A stretch of 64,000 bases of DNA from Nitrospirota bacterium (GCA_963818475.1 CAWFSF010000005.1:64001-128000), one strand, 5' to 3'. Counted from the first letter of the stretch, positions 52,905 to 62,471 are shown. The notes: generated from the sequence alone by a model not told the origin. Program-made: numbers and translations.

Positions 52905-53200
52905 TTCATGATTGTGTGCGACGCTTCGCTTTTGGTCGGACCATTCGGGGCCGTTCGGCTTCTTATGGCAGTCTGATTCAGCTCTTGCGGGCTTAGTCCT
53001 CGCCAAGCCCTGGACCCTGCCGGGATATTCTTGTAGCAGGCTGTGCAATCGGTCTTGACTTCATGCACGTGATGAGCGTGATAAAAGACTACCTTGCCGT
53101 TTTTGGCGGGAACTCCCTGTGATCACCGGCAGCTTCAGCAAAGAAAGCGCCCGAAAATGTCGCTATGCCGCGATCACCACAATAAATCCGGGAAGCACTA
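52905..53200 (-). pseudogene. Decayed triheme cytochrome c7 (PpcA-family) gene
   Basis: Across frames: EFPAKNGKVVFYHAHH..DCTACY..PGRVQG..DCHK..GPTKSEASH versus PpcA AKNGDVKFPHKAH..DCKKCH..PGKIEG..GCH..GPTKCGECH. Confidence 0.7.
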
Positions 53201-53237
53201 TTATGCTTGCGCGAATGGTTCTTTAGCCTTGAGTCGG

Positions 53238-53292
53238 AGGATACAGGAGAATTGTTACTGGAGTATGAAGGAAAAATGAAATTACCATTAAA
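53238..53292 (-). promoter_or_regulatory. Pho-box promoter of the cytochrome remnant / phosphoesterase / HupE unit
   Basis: TTTAATGGTAA TTTCATTTTTC CTTCATACTCC AGTAACAATTC TCCTG-TATCCT. Confidence 0.8.
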
Positions 53293-53412
53293 CTTTCGCC
53301 GGGAGCTGAGGGATAGTAATCCACGGTGGCTGAACGTGTAGGGTCAATCGCTGCGGCAGAGAATCCCCCGGCTCCCACCGGGGAGGCCTGCAAGTAGTCG
53401 CGGGCGGCTGCG

Positions 53413-53493
53413 TTATGGGAGGGGGTCGAGGCCTATGAGCAGTCCCGCCGCGGTCAGGAGATATTCAATTGCTTTTAGGATCGTCTTGCTCAT
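53413..53493 (-). CDS. 26-aa small protein, paralog of 43241..43339 (possibly truncated)
   Basis: MSKTILKAIEYLLTAAGLLIGLDPLP*; AGAGGA RBS. Confidence 0.55.
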   Translation of the reverse strand: MSKTILKAIEYLLTAAGLLIGLDPLP

Positions 53494-53528
53494 GTGAGTT
53501 CCTCTTTGAGATGAGCGGGCACTGCGCC

Positions 53529-53804
53529 TCAGGCGGCCGCCCCGACCTGCATCATGGTCCTTCCAGGCAGTTTCCTGTCCGCCGGGCGGCGGCATTCGAG
53601 CACAAGCGTTTTGACCGCCTGCTCGATCTCGTCCGGCCGGAGCTGCCGCTCCGGCGTCATTTTTAATACCGATTTTTTCATGCGCTCTTCGAACGTTTCT
53701 CCGCCCTCGATGGTGTCATGGTCCACGATCGTCACGTAGAGCGGCTCGGTGTAATACACGTCGGCTACGACGCCGCTTTCAATCTTGATTATGATATGGT
53801 TCAT
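53529..53804 (-). CDS. Hypothetical protein (91 aa), paralog of 42715..42990
   Basis: MNHIIIKIESGVVADVYYTEP...; AAGGAGG RBS. Confidence 0.85.
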   Translation of the reverse strand: MNHIIIKIESGVVADVYYTEPLYVTIVDHDTIEGGETFEERMKKSVLKMTPERQLRPDEIEQAVKTLVLECRRPADRKLPGRTMMQVGAAA

Positions 53805-53848
53805 GATCTCCTCCTTTGATTTCCTGATGCCTGTCTACTATGTTCTCC

Positions 53849-53903
53849 AGTGTACAGGAAGAGTATGACCCCAGTATGAAGAAGGGATGAAGTTTTTATT
53901 AAA
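53849..53903 (-). promoter_or_regulatory. Pho-box promoter of the 91-aa gene (copy A)
   Basis: TTTAATAAAAA CTTCATCCCTT CTTCATACTGG GGTCATACTCT TCCTG-TACACT. Confidence 0.8.
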
Positions 53904-55161
53904 TCTTCGATCTGCTCTGGATCAGGTAGGCATAGTAGGTCGCGGCGCTCGTCGGGTAACGCTTGAGCGTTTTGAAATCGACCTTGTAGAGGCCGAACCG
54001 GGAATCGAGCCCCTGGAGCCATTCGTAGTTGTCGATGAGGGTCCAGTAGAAATATCCCCGGACGTCAAGTCCCTCTTTCAGGCAGCGCTCTATGACATCC
54101 ACGTGCTGCTTCATGTACCTGACCTTCATTTCGGTATCATGCGTCGCAATGCCGTTCTCGGTGATGATGAGCGGCAGATTGAGTCGTGAGGCGTAGCGGA
54201 GCACCTTGGCCAGGCCGCGGGGATGCACTTCCCACCCGATATTGGTAAGACCGTGACCGTCGATGTCCCGATGCCGGAGTTCAACGCCCATTTTTTTCAA
54301 AGGATTGAACCGGAGATGGATGCGCGTATAGTAGTTCACGCCGAAAAAGTCGAGCTTGTCCTTGATCGGGACCTCGATCTCCACTGCGCGGGAAAAAGGG
54401 AATTTGATAATGAAGACGCCGGTCTGAAATGCGTTGATGATCGAATGATTGTAGAAGAAGTTCGCCGACTTCTTCAGGAGCCGGTCGAGGGGGTTCCATT
54501 TTTTCCAGGGAGCGAACACGGACATGTTATGCGCGATACTAACCTGTGCCTCGGGGACGTAACGGTGGATGATGTCATAGGCCTTGCCGTGGCAGGTGAA
54601 TATATTTTTAAGCGCGACCAGGGAGCGGGGAACGTCCCGCAGACCCGGCGGTGTGCATCCGTCAAGGTACCCGCCGATCAGGATGACATAGGGCTCGTTG
54701 AACGTGATCCAGTATTTTACGCTCCTGAGCGTTGAGACCATCTTCTCGGTGAAGCGCAAGAATTTTTCAATCGATGCGGTCCGATGCCAGGGACTTCGCT
54801 CCTGGAACCATCTGGGGTGCGTAAAATGATGGAGCGTGACCATGGGTTCGATGTTGTAGCTTCGCAGGATGTCGATGATCTCCTGGTAATGCGCGATGGC
54901 CTCTTCATCCCAGGTGTCCGGCCGCGGCTGGATCCTGCTCCATTCGATGGAGAAGCGATAGGAATTTACGCCTAATTCCTTCAGGAGCTTGAGGTCCTCC
55001 CTGAAAACGGCATAGTGGTTCGTTATTTCCGGGACATCGCTTAATACCGGGTCCCAGGTTGACCAGTCAGCGTTCCGAGAGCCTTCGAGCTGAAAGGCGG
55101 ATGTCGCAACTCCCCACTGAAAGTTTTCCGGAAAAGCCGGTTTCCTCGTTATCACAGGCAT
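53899..55161 (-). CDS. Glycoside hydrolase family 1 (beta-glucosidase-like)
   Basis: FQWGVATSAFQLEG, YRFSIEWSRI, TFNEP, GVNYY, ITENG, DNYEW. Confidence 0.95.
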   Translation of the reverse strand: MPVITRKPAFPENFQWGVATSAFQLEGSRNADWSTWDPVLSDVPEITNHYAVFREDLKLLKELGVNSYRFSIEWSRIQPRPDTWDEEAIAHYQEIIDILRSYNIEPMVTLHHFTHPRWFQERSPWHRTASIEKFLRFTEKMVSTLRSVKYWITFNEPYVILIGGYLDGCTPPGLRDVPRSLVALKNIFTCHGKAYDIIHRYVPEAQVSIAHNMSVFAPWKKWNPLDRLLKKSANFFYNHSIINAFQTGVFIIKFPFSRAVEIEVPIKDKLDFFGVNYYTRIHLRFNPLKKMGVELRHRDIDGHGLTNIGWEVHPRGLAKVLRYASRLNLPLIITENGIATHDTEMKVRYMKQHVDVIERCLKEGLDVRGYFYWTLIDNYEWLQGLDSRFGLYKVDFKTLKRYPTSAATYYAYLIQSRSKI

Positions 55162-55281
55162 CTCGATGCCCCTGTCTCCCCCGGTTATTGCCAATAAAGG
55201 ACCATGAGCAGAAGTCCTGCCAGGGAAGCTGCGAAAATGAGAATTTCCTCGATTCTTTCAGGAAGCTGCTTCTGTATATTG

Positions 55282-55707
55282 TTATGCATGGGTCACCTCT
55301 TTGGTATCACTGCATTTTTCCGGTGAAAATACTACCGCAAGCGTCCGGATACCGCCGATCACCAGGATCAGGGCCGCGAGCGCCATGATCATGCCCGCCT
55401 CCAGCTTGTGCTGATAGAGCCCGACCATGATCTCGCGCAGGACAAAGACCAGCGCCGCGTCGGTGATGAAGGTGATCTTGAGCCGGTGCACGGTGAAGTA
55501 TTCTATGAGGCTCCTGAGCAGTTCTATCACGATGAACATGGAAAGAATATTCGTTACGATCATGTCAAAAGCGGCAGCCAATGTCTGACTTCCAAACACC
55601 GCACGAAGGTCGAGAATGACCCGGGCGATGCCCATCAAAAGAGCAAGGATCACGATCGGGATCATGAATTTGATCATGCTGTCGACGATCTTGCTAAAGT
55701 ATTTCAT
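55282..55707 (-). CDS. Phosphate-starvation-inducible PsiE-family membrane protein
   Basis: Four TM segments; FIVIELLRSLIEYF, ITDAALVFVLREI. Confidence 0.85.
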   Translation of the reverse strand: MKYFSKIVDSMIKFMIPIVILALLMGIARVILDLRAVFGSQTLAAAFDMIVTNILSMFIVIELLRSLIEYFTVHRLKITFITDAALVFVLREIMVGLYQHKLEAGMIMALAALILVIGGIRTLAVVFSPEKCSDTKEVTHA

Positions 55708-55800
55708 GGGTTTTGTCCTTTTCAAAAAGTGTGGGACGGGCTGATAAGGCCCGTCCCCAGGAGGTGGGACGATGAAGCCGGATACGCTGCTGTGATGGCG

Positions 55801-56969
55801 TTAGAAGCTGTAATTGACGCCGAACGGAGAGTACCGCCGGGTCTAAACCGGCAGCCGGCGCATACGCTCCACCAGCGCCGCCCTGACCCAGACCGTAGGT
55901 GGCACCAGCGTCGTTTTTCGTGGCTGCGTACAGAATATATGCAGACGGTGCGCTTGGTAGAAGGCATGGTCCACTCCGACAGCCATGAACGTTGCGGCTC
56001 GTTTCTGCGACCGAATCGCCGTCGTCGGCGATGCCGAATGCGAGCTTGATGGTTTCCTTACCGAGTTTCTGGCTCACCGCAAGGTACATGGCGTCGCGGG
56101 TGATCGCTGAAGCAGCGGTGTCATCTTTGAGGGTCTCGAAGACGAACCCTATCTTCGTGCCGAAACCGATGGTGTAGCCCGCACCGAGTCTGGCGCCCGT
56201 AACCTCTTTACCAGCGACGTCCCAGGTGGCTACGCCGTTCTTGTGACTTTCAGCCGCCAGAGCGATTGCCAGGGCGCCTGCTTTAAAGACAGCCGAGGCG
56301 GAAACGAGGCGCGCGTCCGCGGTGGTGTTTGCAGTTTCCGATCCGGACTGTGACGTGGCCGCGCTGATCTGCAAGCCTCCCCAGGAGGGAGAAGAATAGG
56401 CGATCACGTCCTTGGGCCGAAGTTCGAAGTTCGATGCTCCGTTGACGTTGCCGATGATCGCATTGTAGTCGGCCATGGAATCGCCGAAGGGATCGAACTG
56501 GCCGGTCGCCGTCTTGTAAGGAGTGTCATGGGTGCCGAGGATCAGCATGCCCAAGCTCATCCGATTTCAGGCCGACATAGCTGTTGCGCAGCCCGATGCT
56601 GTTCACGCTCGTCGTGCTGACCGCGCCGGTCGTCGTATTGGTTACGCCCGTTGCTACGGTCGTGGTCGTGCCGTCCACGTTGACGCCCAGTTCCAGCTGG
56701 TACACGGCGGAAAATCCATCGTTCAGTTCCTCCGCACCCTTGAAGCCTAAGCGCGACGAGTTGCTGGAGACCCTGCTCAGGCTGGTGTCCGCCCCCGCCG
56801 CTTTGCTGCCGGTGTCTATCAGGTCGACGGACAGCTTGGCCGCGCCGTAAACCTGTAGGGTGCCGGTTGGAGACGCTTTTTCAACATCCACTATTTCGTG
56901 CGCCGCAAAAACCGGGGAACCGAAACTGCTTACCGCTACTACCGCTAACGCTGCTAAAACCTTTTTCAT
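55801..56969 (-). CDS. Gram-negative porin (frameshifted)
   Basis: Signal peptide; LQVYG, SNSSRLGFKGAEEL, RNSYVGL, GTHDTPY, YSSPSWGG; C-terminal GVNYSF. Confidence 0.88.
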
Positions 56970-57068
56970 TTTGTACCCTCCGTGATCTATGATTATTCCG
57001 TTTAATACGGAAGTGCTCCCCTGCGAACGCGACCACCATACGACACGTCGCGCTTTTGCATGGAGGGT

Positions 57069-57123
57069 AACTTACTCTCTCTGTGTTACATCAGTATGTC
57101 GACTTGGTTAAACCTTCGTGAAA
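57069..57123 (-). promoter_or_regulatory. Pho-box promoter of porin-psiE-GH1
   Basis: TTTCACGAAGG TTTAACCAAGT CGACATACTGA TGTAACACAGA GAGAG-TAAGTT. Confidence 0.75.
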
Positions 57124-57325
57124 TATTATCAAGAGCGATTCAGAAACGGAGAAGGATATTTAGCGGTCTTTAAAGTAGCGAAGCTTTTTCGGAGGCGTAG
57201 CATGGAATCCATATGAGAGAATCGCATGAACTGTTGTTTCAAACAGGAGAGGGAAGGTTTCGGAATCTAGGCCAAAGGTCAGCTTTTGCTATATGTCTAA
57301 TGCGGTATCCTGCGCAATCCCTCGG

Positions 57326-58042
57326 CTATCTGCCTTCTTTCAGTCTTTCAGCAAAATAGACCGGCAAACCGCTGCCAGTTATTGCCGCGGCGACTTTTTC
57401 GACATCGTAGGCAACGCGGATGAAGTCCACCTTCACTCCTGCCGGTGTTATCTCTATGAGCGTAAAGCATGCTCTCGGATCGCCATCCTTCGGTTTTCCG
57501 ACGCTCCCGGCATTGATAAATGTTTTCCCAATGAACTCTTTTTTGTAAGGCTTATGGGTATGGCCGTAGATCAGAATGTCCGCGTCCGTTTTTGACGCCA
57601 TCTCAAGAAAGAACTTCTCCGGCCTATCCTCAAACCAGTAGAGGTTGTTCTTACGCGGCGTTGCATGAAACAACAGTATCTTCCTGCCTTCGGCGCTGAA
57701 CTGTATCTCCGCCGGCAAATTTTTCATATAGTCCCTGCTTTTCGGTGATGCGTGGTTCTTCGTCCAGACAAAGGACAGGTGCGCCATCTCCTCCTGCACA
57801 GGCTCCTCGGCTTTGCAGCCGCAATGTTCCCGATCGTGCGCCACTGCCTCGTCGTAATTGCCCTGAACGCCTTCGATGCCGTGCTCGATCATGAAATCAA
57901 CGACGTCATTCACAAAAGGCGCGTAACCGCCGAGATCGCCGAGATGATACAATCTGTCAACGTGTATCGCCTTTGCCGAATCATAGACGGCTTTGAGCGC
58001 CTCTATATTTCCATGAACATCGCCGAGTATCCCGATTATCAT
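57326..58042 (-). CDS. Calcineurin-like metallophosphoesterase (YfcE-like)
   Basis: GDVHGN, LGDLGGY, GNYD, GHTH, NAGSVGKP. Confidence 0.92.
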   Translation of the reverse strand: MIIGILGDVHGNIEALKAVYDSAKAIHVDRLYHLGDLGGYAPFVNDVVDFMIEHGIEGVQGNYDEAVAHDREHCGCKAEEPVQEEMAHLSFVWTKNHASPKSRDYMKNLPAEIQFSAEGRKILLFHATPRKNNLYWFEDRPEKFFLEMASKTDADILIYGHTHKPYKKEFIGKTFINAGSVGKPKDGDPRACFTLIEITPAGVKVDFIRVAYDVEKVAAAITGSGLPVYFAERLKEGR

Positions 58043-58068
58043 ACCTCTTCACCCTTACCATTCACGCT

Positions 58069-59806
58069 TCAACCTTCAACCTTGATTTTTACCTTCGTGC
58101 CCTTTTCCGGCCAGCTCTCGATCTGCATCTCCCAGGCGTGGGCCTTTACCAGGTGCTTGACGATGGCCAGGCCGAGGCCGGTGCCGCCCATCTTCCGTGA
58201 TCGTGCTGTATCCACGCGGTAAAACCGTTCCCCAATGCGCGGCAGATGTTTTTCCGGGATCCCGACGCCGCTGTCTTCGACGTACAGACAGGGTTTGCCG
58301 TTCTCTATGCGAAAGCCGATCGTCACGCCGCCTGTTTCCGTGAATTTTATTGCATTATCGACGAGGTTCGTGAGTATCTGGATCAGCTTGTCCCGATCAG
58401 CAAAGAGCTTGATATGTTCCGCGGGGAAATCGGTTTTCAGATACAGCTTCTTTTCAGCAGCCTTGGGCCTCAGCAGCACGAGAACATGTTCGGTCGCATC
58501 GGAGAGATCCACCTCAGTTCGCTCTATTCTGGCGACGCCGAGTTCGATCTTGGAGATCGTCATCAGGTCGTCCACCAGGCTGTTGATCCGTTCGCTGTTC
58601 GCCTTGATGATCTTCAGGAATTTCTCGGCGTGCTCCGTATCATGCAAGGCGCCTTCCAGCAGGGTTTCGGAAAACCCCTTGATCGCGGTTATGGGCGTCT
58701 TTATCTCGTGCGATATGTTCGCCACAAAATCCTTGCGGGTCTGCTCCAGCTTCTTGAGCTGCGTGATGTCATGCAAGATGACGACAAAACCGGACAGGTC
58801 CTTTTCCACGTCGGTGAGCGGCGAAACCCTCGCGGAAAAATATCGTTCCTCCGGATGATCAAGCCGCAGTTCGCCGACGCCGGGCGTAAGGTTCTTGCGC
58901 GCTTCTTCCATGAGCGAGAGGAATAAGGGGTTACGGATGACCTCGAACACCTGTTTCCCCATCACTTCGCCGAAATAATGCCGTGATGCGGAGCTTGCCA
59001 GCTGGATCGCGCCGTTCGATTCGAGTATCATAAGAACATCGGGAATGCTTCGCAGGATCTCGTTGAGCCGTTTTCTTTCTCCTTCGTTCACAGCAATACT
59101 GTTTTGCAGCTCCGCCGACATCGTATTCAGACTTTCGGCTATCTCGTCAAACTCCCCGGCACGGTCAAGATACAGTTTCTTCCCGATCAGGCCGCCCGCA
59201 AGAGAACGCGAGAAATCCCCGATCTGCTTCGTCAGTCTTCTGATGCGCTCCAGCTGTCCGATTGAGAACAGGCCCGTCGCAAGCAGGATCGCGATGACGA
59301 CCGCGATGATCTTGAACCTGAGGGCGTTGATCGAGGCATTTACCTGTTTAAGCTGCATGCTGAGCCGGACAATTCCAACGGGAAGGCCTGCACGCGTTAT
59401 CCGCTTCGCAACATAGAGCAGGTCGTCGTGCAGGGTATCGCTGTAGCGGGTAGACATGCCCGTGCCGTACAGGAGGGACTGCTGGATCTCAGGGCGGGCC
59501 GCGTGATTGTCCATAAGGGATGATTCCGTGTCTGAGTCCCCGAGAACCCGTCCGTCGAGGTCGATTACGGTCACCCGGAGACCGGTCTGCTCCTTGAATT
59601 GCTTTGCAGAGACTGTCGAGAGGGGGTTGGGCATCGAACGGTATGTCATTGGAAATGAGTGTTGCCTGAGAAAGGAGGTGCTCCCGAAGATCATTGATAT
59701 GGCTGCTTCGCACGGTATCGGTAATAAAGAATTCGACAAGCACGATCGTAACAAGCATCATGACAGCATACAGTATGACGATCCGCCCGAAGAGGTGTTG
59801 TTTCAT
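58069..59806 (-). CDS. phoR: Phosphate regulon sensor kinase (frameshift near 59625)
   Basis: TM, RVTVIDLDGRVLGDS...NHAARPEI sensor domain, TM, HAMP, PAS, DFVANISHEIKTP, ERFYRVD..RSRKMGGTGLGL. Confidence 0.9.
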
Positions 59807-60498
59807 ACGTCTCCATCCACATAGTACCCTACTCCTCGACGGGTCTTTATGTAGACCGGATCGGAAGGATCGTCTTCGATCTGGGTCCGGAGTCTCCGGA
59901 TGTGGACATCGACGGTCCTAGGTTCGATGAAGGCCTCCCCCTTCCAGACGGCATCGACCAGCTGTTCACGACTGAACACCTTGCCTTTTCTAATAACCAG
60001 ATATACCAGCAGTTTGAACTCGGTCGCGCTAAGCTCCAGCGGGGTTTTGCCCTTGATAACGCCGTGGGTCTCGAGGTTGATGAGCAAATTGCCGATGCTG
60101 ATTGATTTTTCCGTTGTTGGTTTTTCTCCTGTCCTTCTTAAAACGGCTTTTATGCGCGCAATAAGCTCTCTCGAACTGAACGGCTTTGTCATATAATCAT
60201 CGGCGCCGCTTTCCAGTCCTATGACCCTGTCCACCTCTTCGCCTTTCGCGGTAAGCATGATAATGGGAGTATTGGCAGTTTTGGCATCGTTCCTGATGAT
60301 ACGGCACAGTTCCACCCCCTGTATGCCGGGGAGCATGAGATCGAGGACCACGAGATCGAACCGGTCCTTTCTGATCTTATGGAGAGCTGCTTCGCCGTCG
60401 GTTGCCGTCGTGACCCTGAAGCCGTCCTTTTTCAGATTGTACGACACGAGGTCAACAATATCCGGTTCATCGTCAACGATCAGTATTTTATCATTCAT
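59803..60498 (-). CDS. phoB: Phosphate regulon OmpR-family response regulator
   Basis: LDLMLP, PIIMLTAKGEEVDRV, RTVDVHIRRLR, TRRGVGY; coupled to phoR, same cluster as pst. Confidence 0.9.
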   Translation of the reverse strand: MNDKILIVDDEPDIVDLVSYNLKKDGFRVTTATDGEAALHKIRKDRFDLVVLDLMLPGIQGVELCRIIRNDAKTANTPIIMLTAKGEEVDRVIGLESGADDYMTKPFSSRELIARIKAVLRRTGEKPTTEKSISIGNLLINLETHGVIKGKTPLELSATEFKLLVYLVIRKGKVFSREQLVDAVWKGEAFIEPRTVDVHIRRLRTQIEDDPSDPVYIKTRRGVGYYVDGDV

Positions 60499-60750
60499 GG
60501 GCGTAGTTATACCATTTACCATTACGAGAATTCAAGAGGAGCGAAAAGATTTAACAGAACCGTAACATTCGTCAAAATGGGGATTTTGCCGGAGCGTATA
60601 GGACTGCCAGGGTACTGTAGGGATAGGAGCGAGGGCTGACGAGAAAAACATGATTGGGCGGTGTTACGTTTATGTCACGCCGAGACCGGAGGAACGATGT
60701 AAAAAAGCTTCCATGCAGTTCACTTGGAAGTTGTGCGGTTATTGTTAATA

Positions 60751-60837
60751 TGGTGCCGAAGGGGGGAATCGAACCCCCATGGGATTGCTCCCACTGCGCC
60801 CTGAACGCAGCGCGTCTACCAGTTCCACCACTTCGGC
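60751..60837 (-). tRNA. tRNA-Leu(CAG)
   Basis: GCCGAAG...CTTCGGC-ACCA acceptor stem, anticodon arm CTGCG-TTCAGGG-CGCAG, long variable arm, GGTTCGA T-loop. Confidence 0.97.
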
Positions 60838-60846
60838 ATGGCGTGT

Positions 60847-60875
60847 AATATAAAGACAATGCGGTGGATTGTCAA
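60847..60875 (-). promoter_or_regulatory. sigma70 promoter of tRNA-Leu
   Basis: TTGACA, 17 nt, TATATT, 9 nt upstream of the tRNA. Confidence 0.8.
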
Positions 60876-60891
60876 GGATGTTTTTACAGGA

Positions 60892-62300
60892 TGTCAACCC
60901 AAAGTAGAAATGTCCTACTCTTACCAAGATAGAAATGTCCGCTTTTAGGAAGCAATTGGAAATTGTACATTTGCTCTGCGGAGTCTCTTCCATGGATGAT
61001 CTGATGGTTGATACCGACTTGTCGGTTTCTTATTGACTGCCGGTGTTTTAGGGTTTTCTTTCGCTGGCCGTGTTTTGATCTCCCGATATGTTAATTCCAA
61101 GCCCCTGTGAGTGATATGCAGAGATCCATCGAGTCGTTCTTCCACTGCGACCTTTTGAGCTTTATAGCGTCTTTGATCTGGTACAGTTTGCCATTATACG
61201 CAATGGTGAAATCGTTCCGTAGCGTACGCTCCTCTCGAATGCAGAAGATCTTGTCGAGTTCCCTTATGGATAGCGCGCGTTGGTGTACATCGGCTGCAGA
61301 AACGGGTTTTACCTTGAATTTCGCATTGTATATTGGATGATACTTTATCAGGAATTCGTTTGCCTGCACAACACTGTTTACCCTGGCAAGCCTCATCTCT
61401 TTAACCAATCGATCCTGGAGCGTTCGAAAACTTCTTTCTATCCTGCCTTTTGCCTGGGGTGAATTCGCATGGATGACCGTTACTCCGAGTTCGGTTAGAC
61501 TCCTTTCGAACTGGCTCATGGGTTTTCTATCTTCCAACTCATCCTCGATGCTCTGCTTGGCATTGGATTTATACGTTGAGTGCTTGTCCAAATAGACACT
61601 CTGTGGAATGCCGTAGCGCTTGATATACCGCTTGAAGCTATCCATGGCTGGCATGGTCCCCTCATAATCATAAAAGCGCCCATACACCGTTCCTGTGGCA
61701 TCATCGATATATCCCATTAATACGCTCTCAGGACCCCGGCCTTCGAACCAGGCATGATGGGAGCCATCCATCTGGAGCATTTCACCAAAATGATGCTTCC
61801 TCTCGCGCCATTGCCGGTGCTTTCTACCCTTGCGCTTCTCATAAGGGATGCTTTCCTGATTAAGCCATAGACGGAGGGTTTCGTCGCTTAGCTTGATTTC
61901 ATGAACATCAAGAAGCTTTTCGCAGGCAAAGGTGGGGCCAAAATCACTGTATTTCTCCCGATACAGCTTGAGTGCCTTGTCTTTTACCTTCTGAGGGAAT
62001 CGACGATTCGAGGTTTTGCCGCGGGATCGGTGACTGATGCCGTCGTCTCCCTCCTTCCGTACTCGTTTGAGTATCCGTCGAATCTGCCTGCTGCTCAAGC
62101 CTACAAGTTCAGCAGCTGTCTTCTGCGTGATCCTTTTATCCAATGCTTGGTGGATAATGTGCAGTCTTTTTGTTTCTCTCCTGCTCATAGTGATCATGTC
62201 CATTTCTGTCACAGTACCCTCCAATTACATCAGGGTATTGTAACTTAGAATAGGACATTTCTACTTTGGGAGAATAGGACATTATCATTTTGGGAGTACA
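60892..62300 (-). mobile_element. IS1202/ISNCY-like insertion sequence
   Basis: TGT...ACA termini with repeated AGAAATGTCC boxes at both ends; flanking 16-bp direct repeat GGATGTTTTTACAGGA (60876-60891 and 62301-62316). Confidence 0.9.
60945..62224 (-). CDS. DDE transposase (ISNCY/IS1202 type), frameshift near 61150
   Basis: N-terminal HTH, QMDGSHHAWF, IDDAT, YLDKHS, SPQAKGRIER, TLQDRL. Confidence 0.92.
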
Positions 62301-62353
62301 GGATGTTTTTACAGGATGTCTTTTACAGGATGTTTTTACAGGATGTTTTTACA
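62301..62353. repeat. Tandem array of 13-bp units (4 copies)
   Basis: ggatgtttttaca ggatgtcttttaca ggatgtttttaca ggatgtttttaca. Confidence 0.9.
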
Positions 62354-62471
62354 TCTGGCGATGTTTATCCGAAGCCGCTGCGCTTTATTGACAGGCACTC
62401 TGCCATCTGCTACCATGGGCCGCATCAATGCACATGAGCCTGAGCAACGAACGACCGCCAAGGAGAATGAA

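Noticed and set aside
52760-53237. Long leader as a possible riboswitch or ncRNA, and the ORF-track N-terminal extension to 53068
   Set aside because: Better explained as a decayed cytochrome c7 gene; the real phosphoesterase start is ATG 52759 with RBS and signal peptide.
60751-60837. tRNA-Leu as integration site making the Pho cluster a mobile genomic island
   Set aside because: No integrase, no duplicated tRNA 3' end noticed in the window, and the cluster has host-like composition.
285-62224. Around twenty frameshifted genes (cheA, cheW, MCPs, pstS, pstA, phoR, porin and others) as mass pseudogenisation or programmed frameshifting
   Set aside because: Breaks are single-base indels with otherwise intact motifs, concentrated in paralogous repeats; most consistent with long-read consensus error. 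Read polishing would decide.
62301-62353. Tandem 13-bp repeats or heptamer arrays as CRISPR
   Set aside because: No unique spacers between repeats, units too short, no cas genes.
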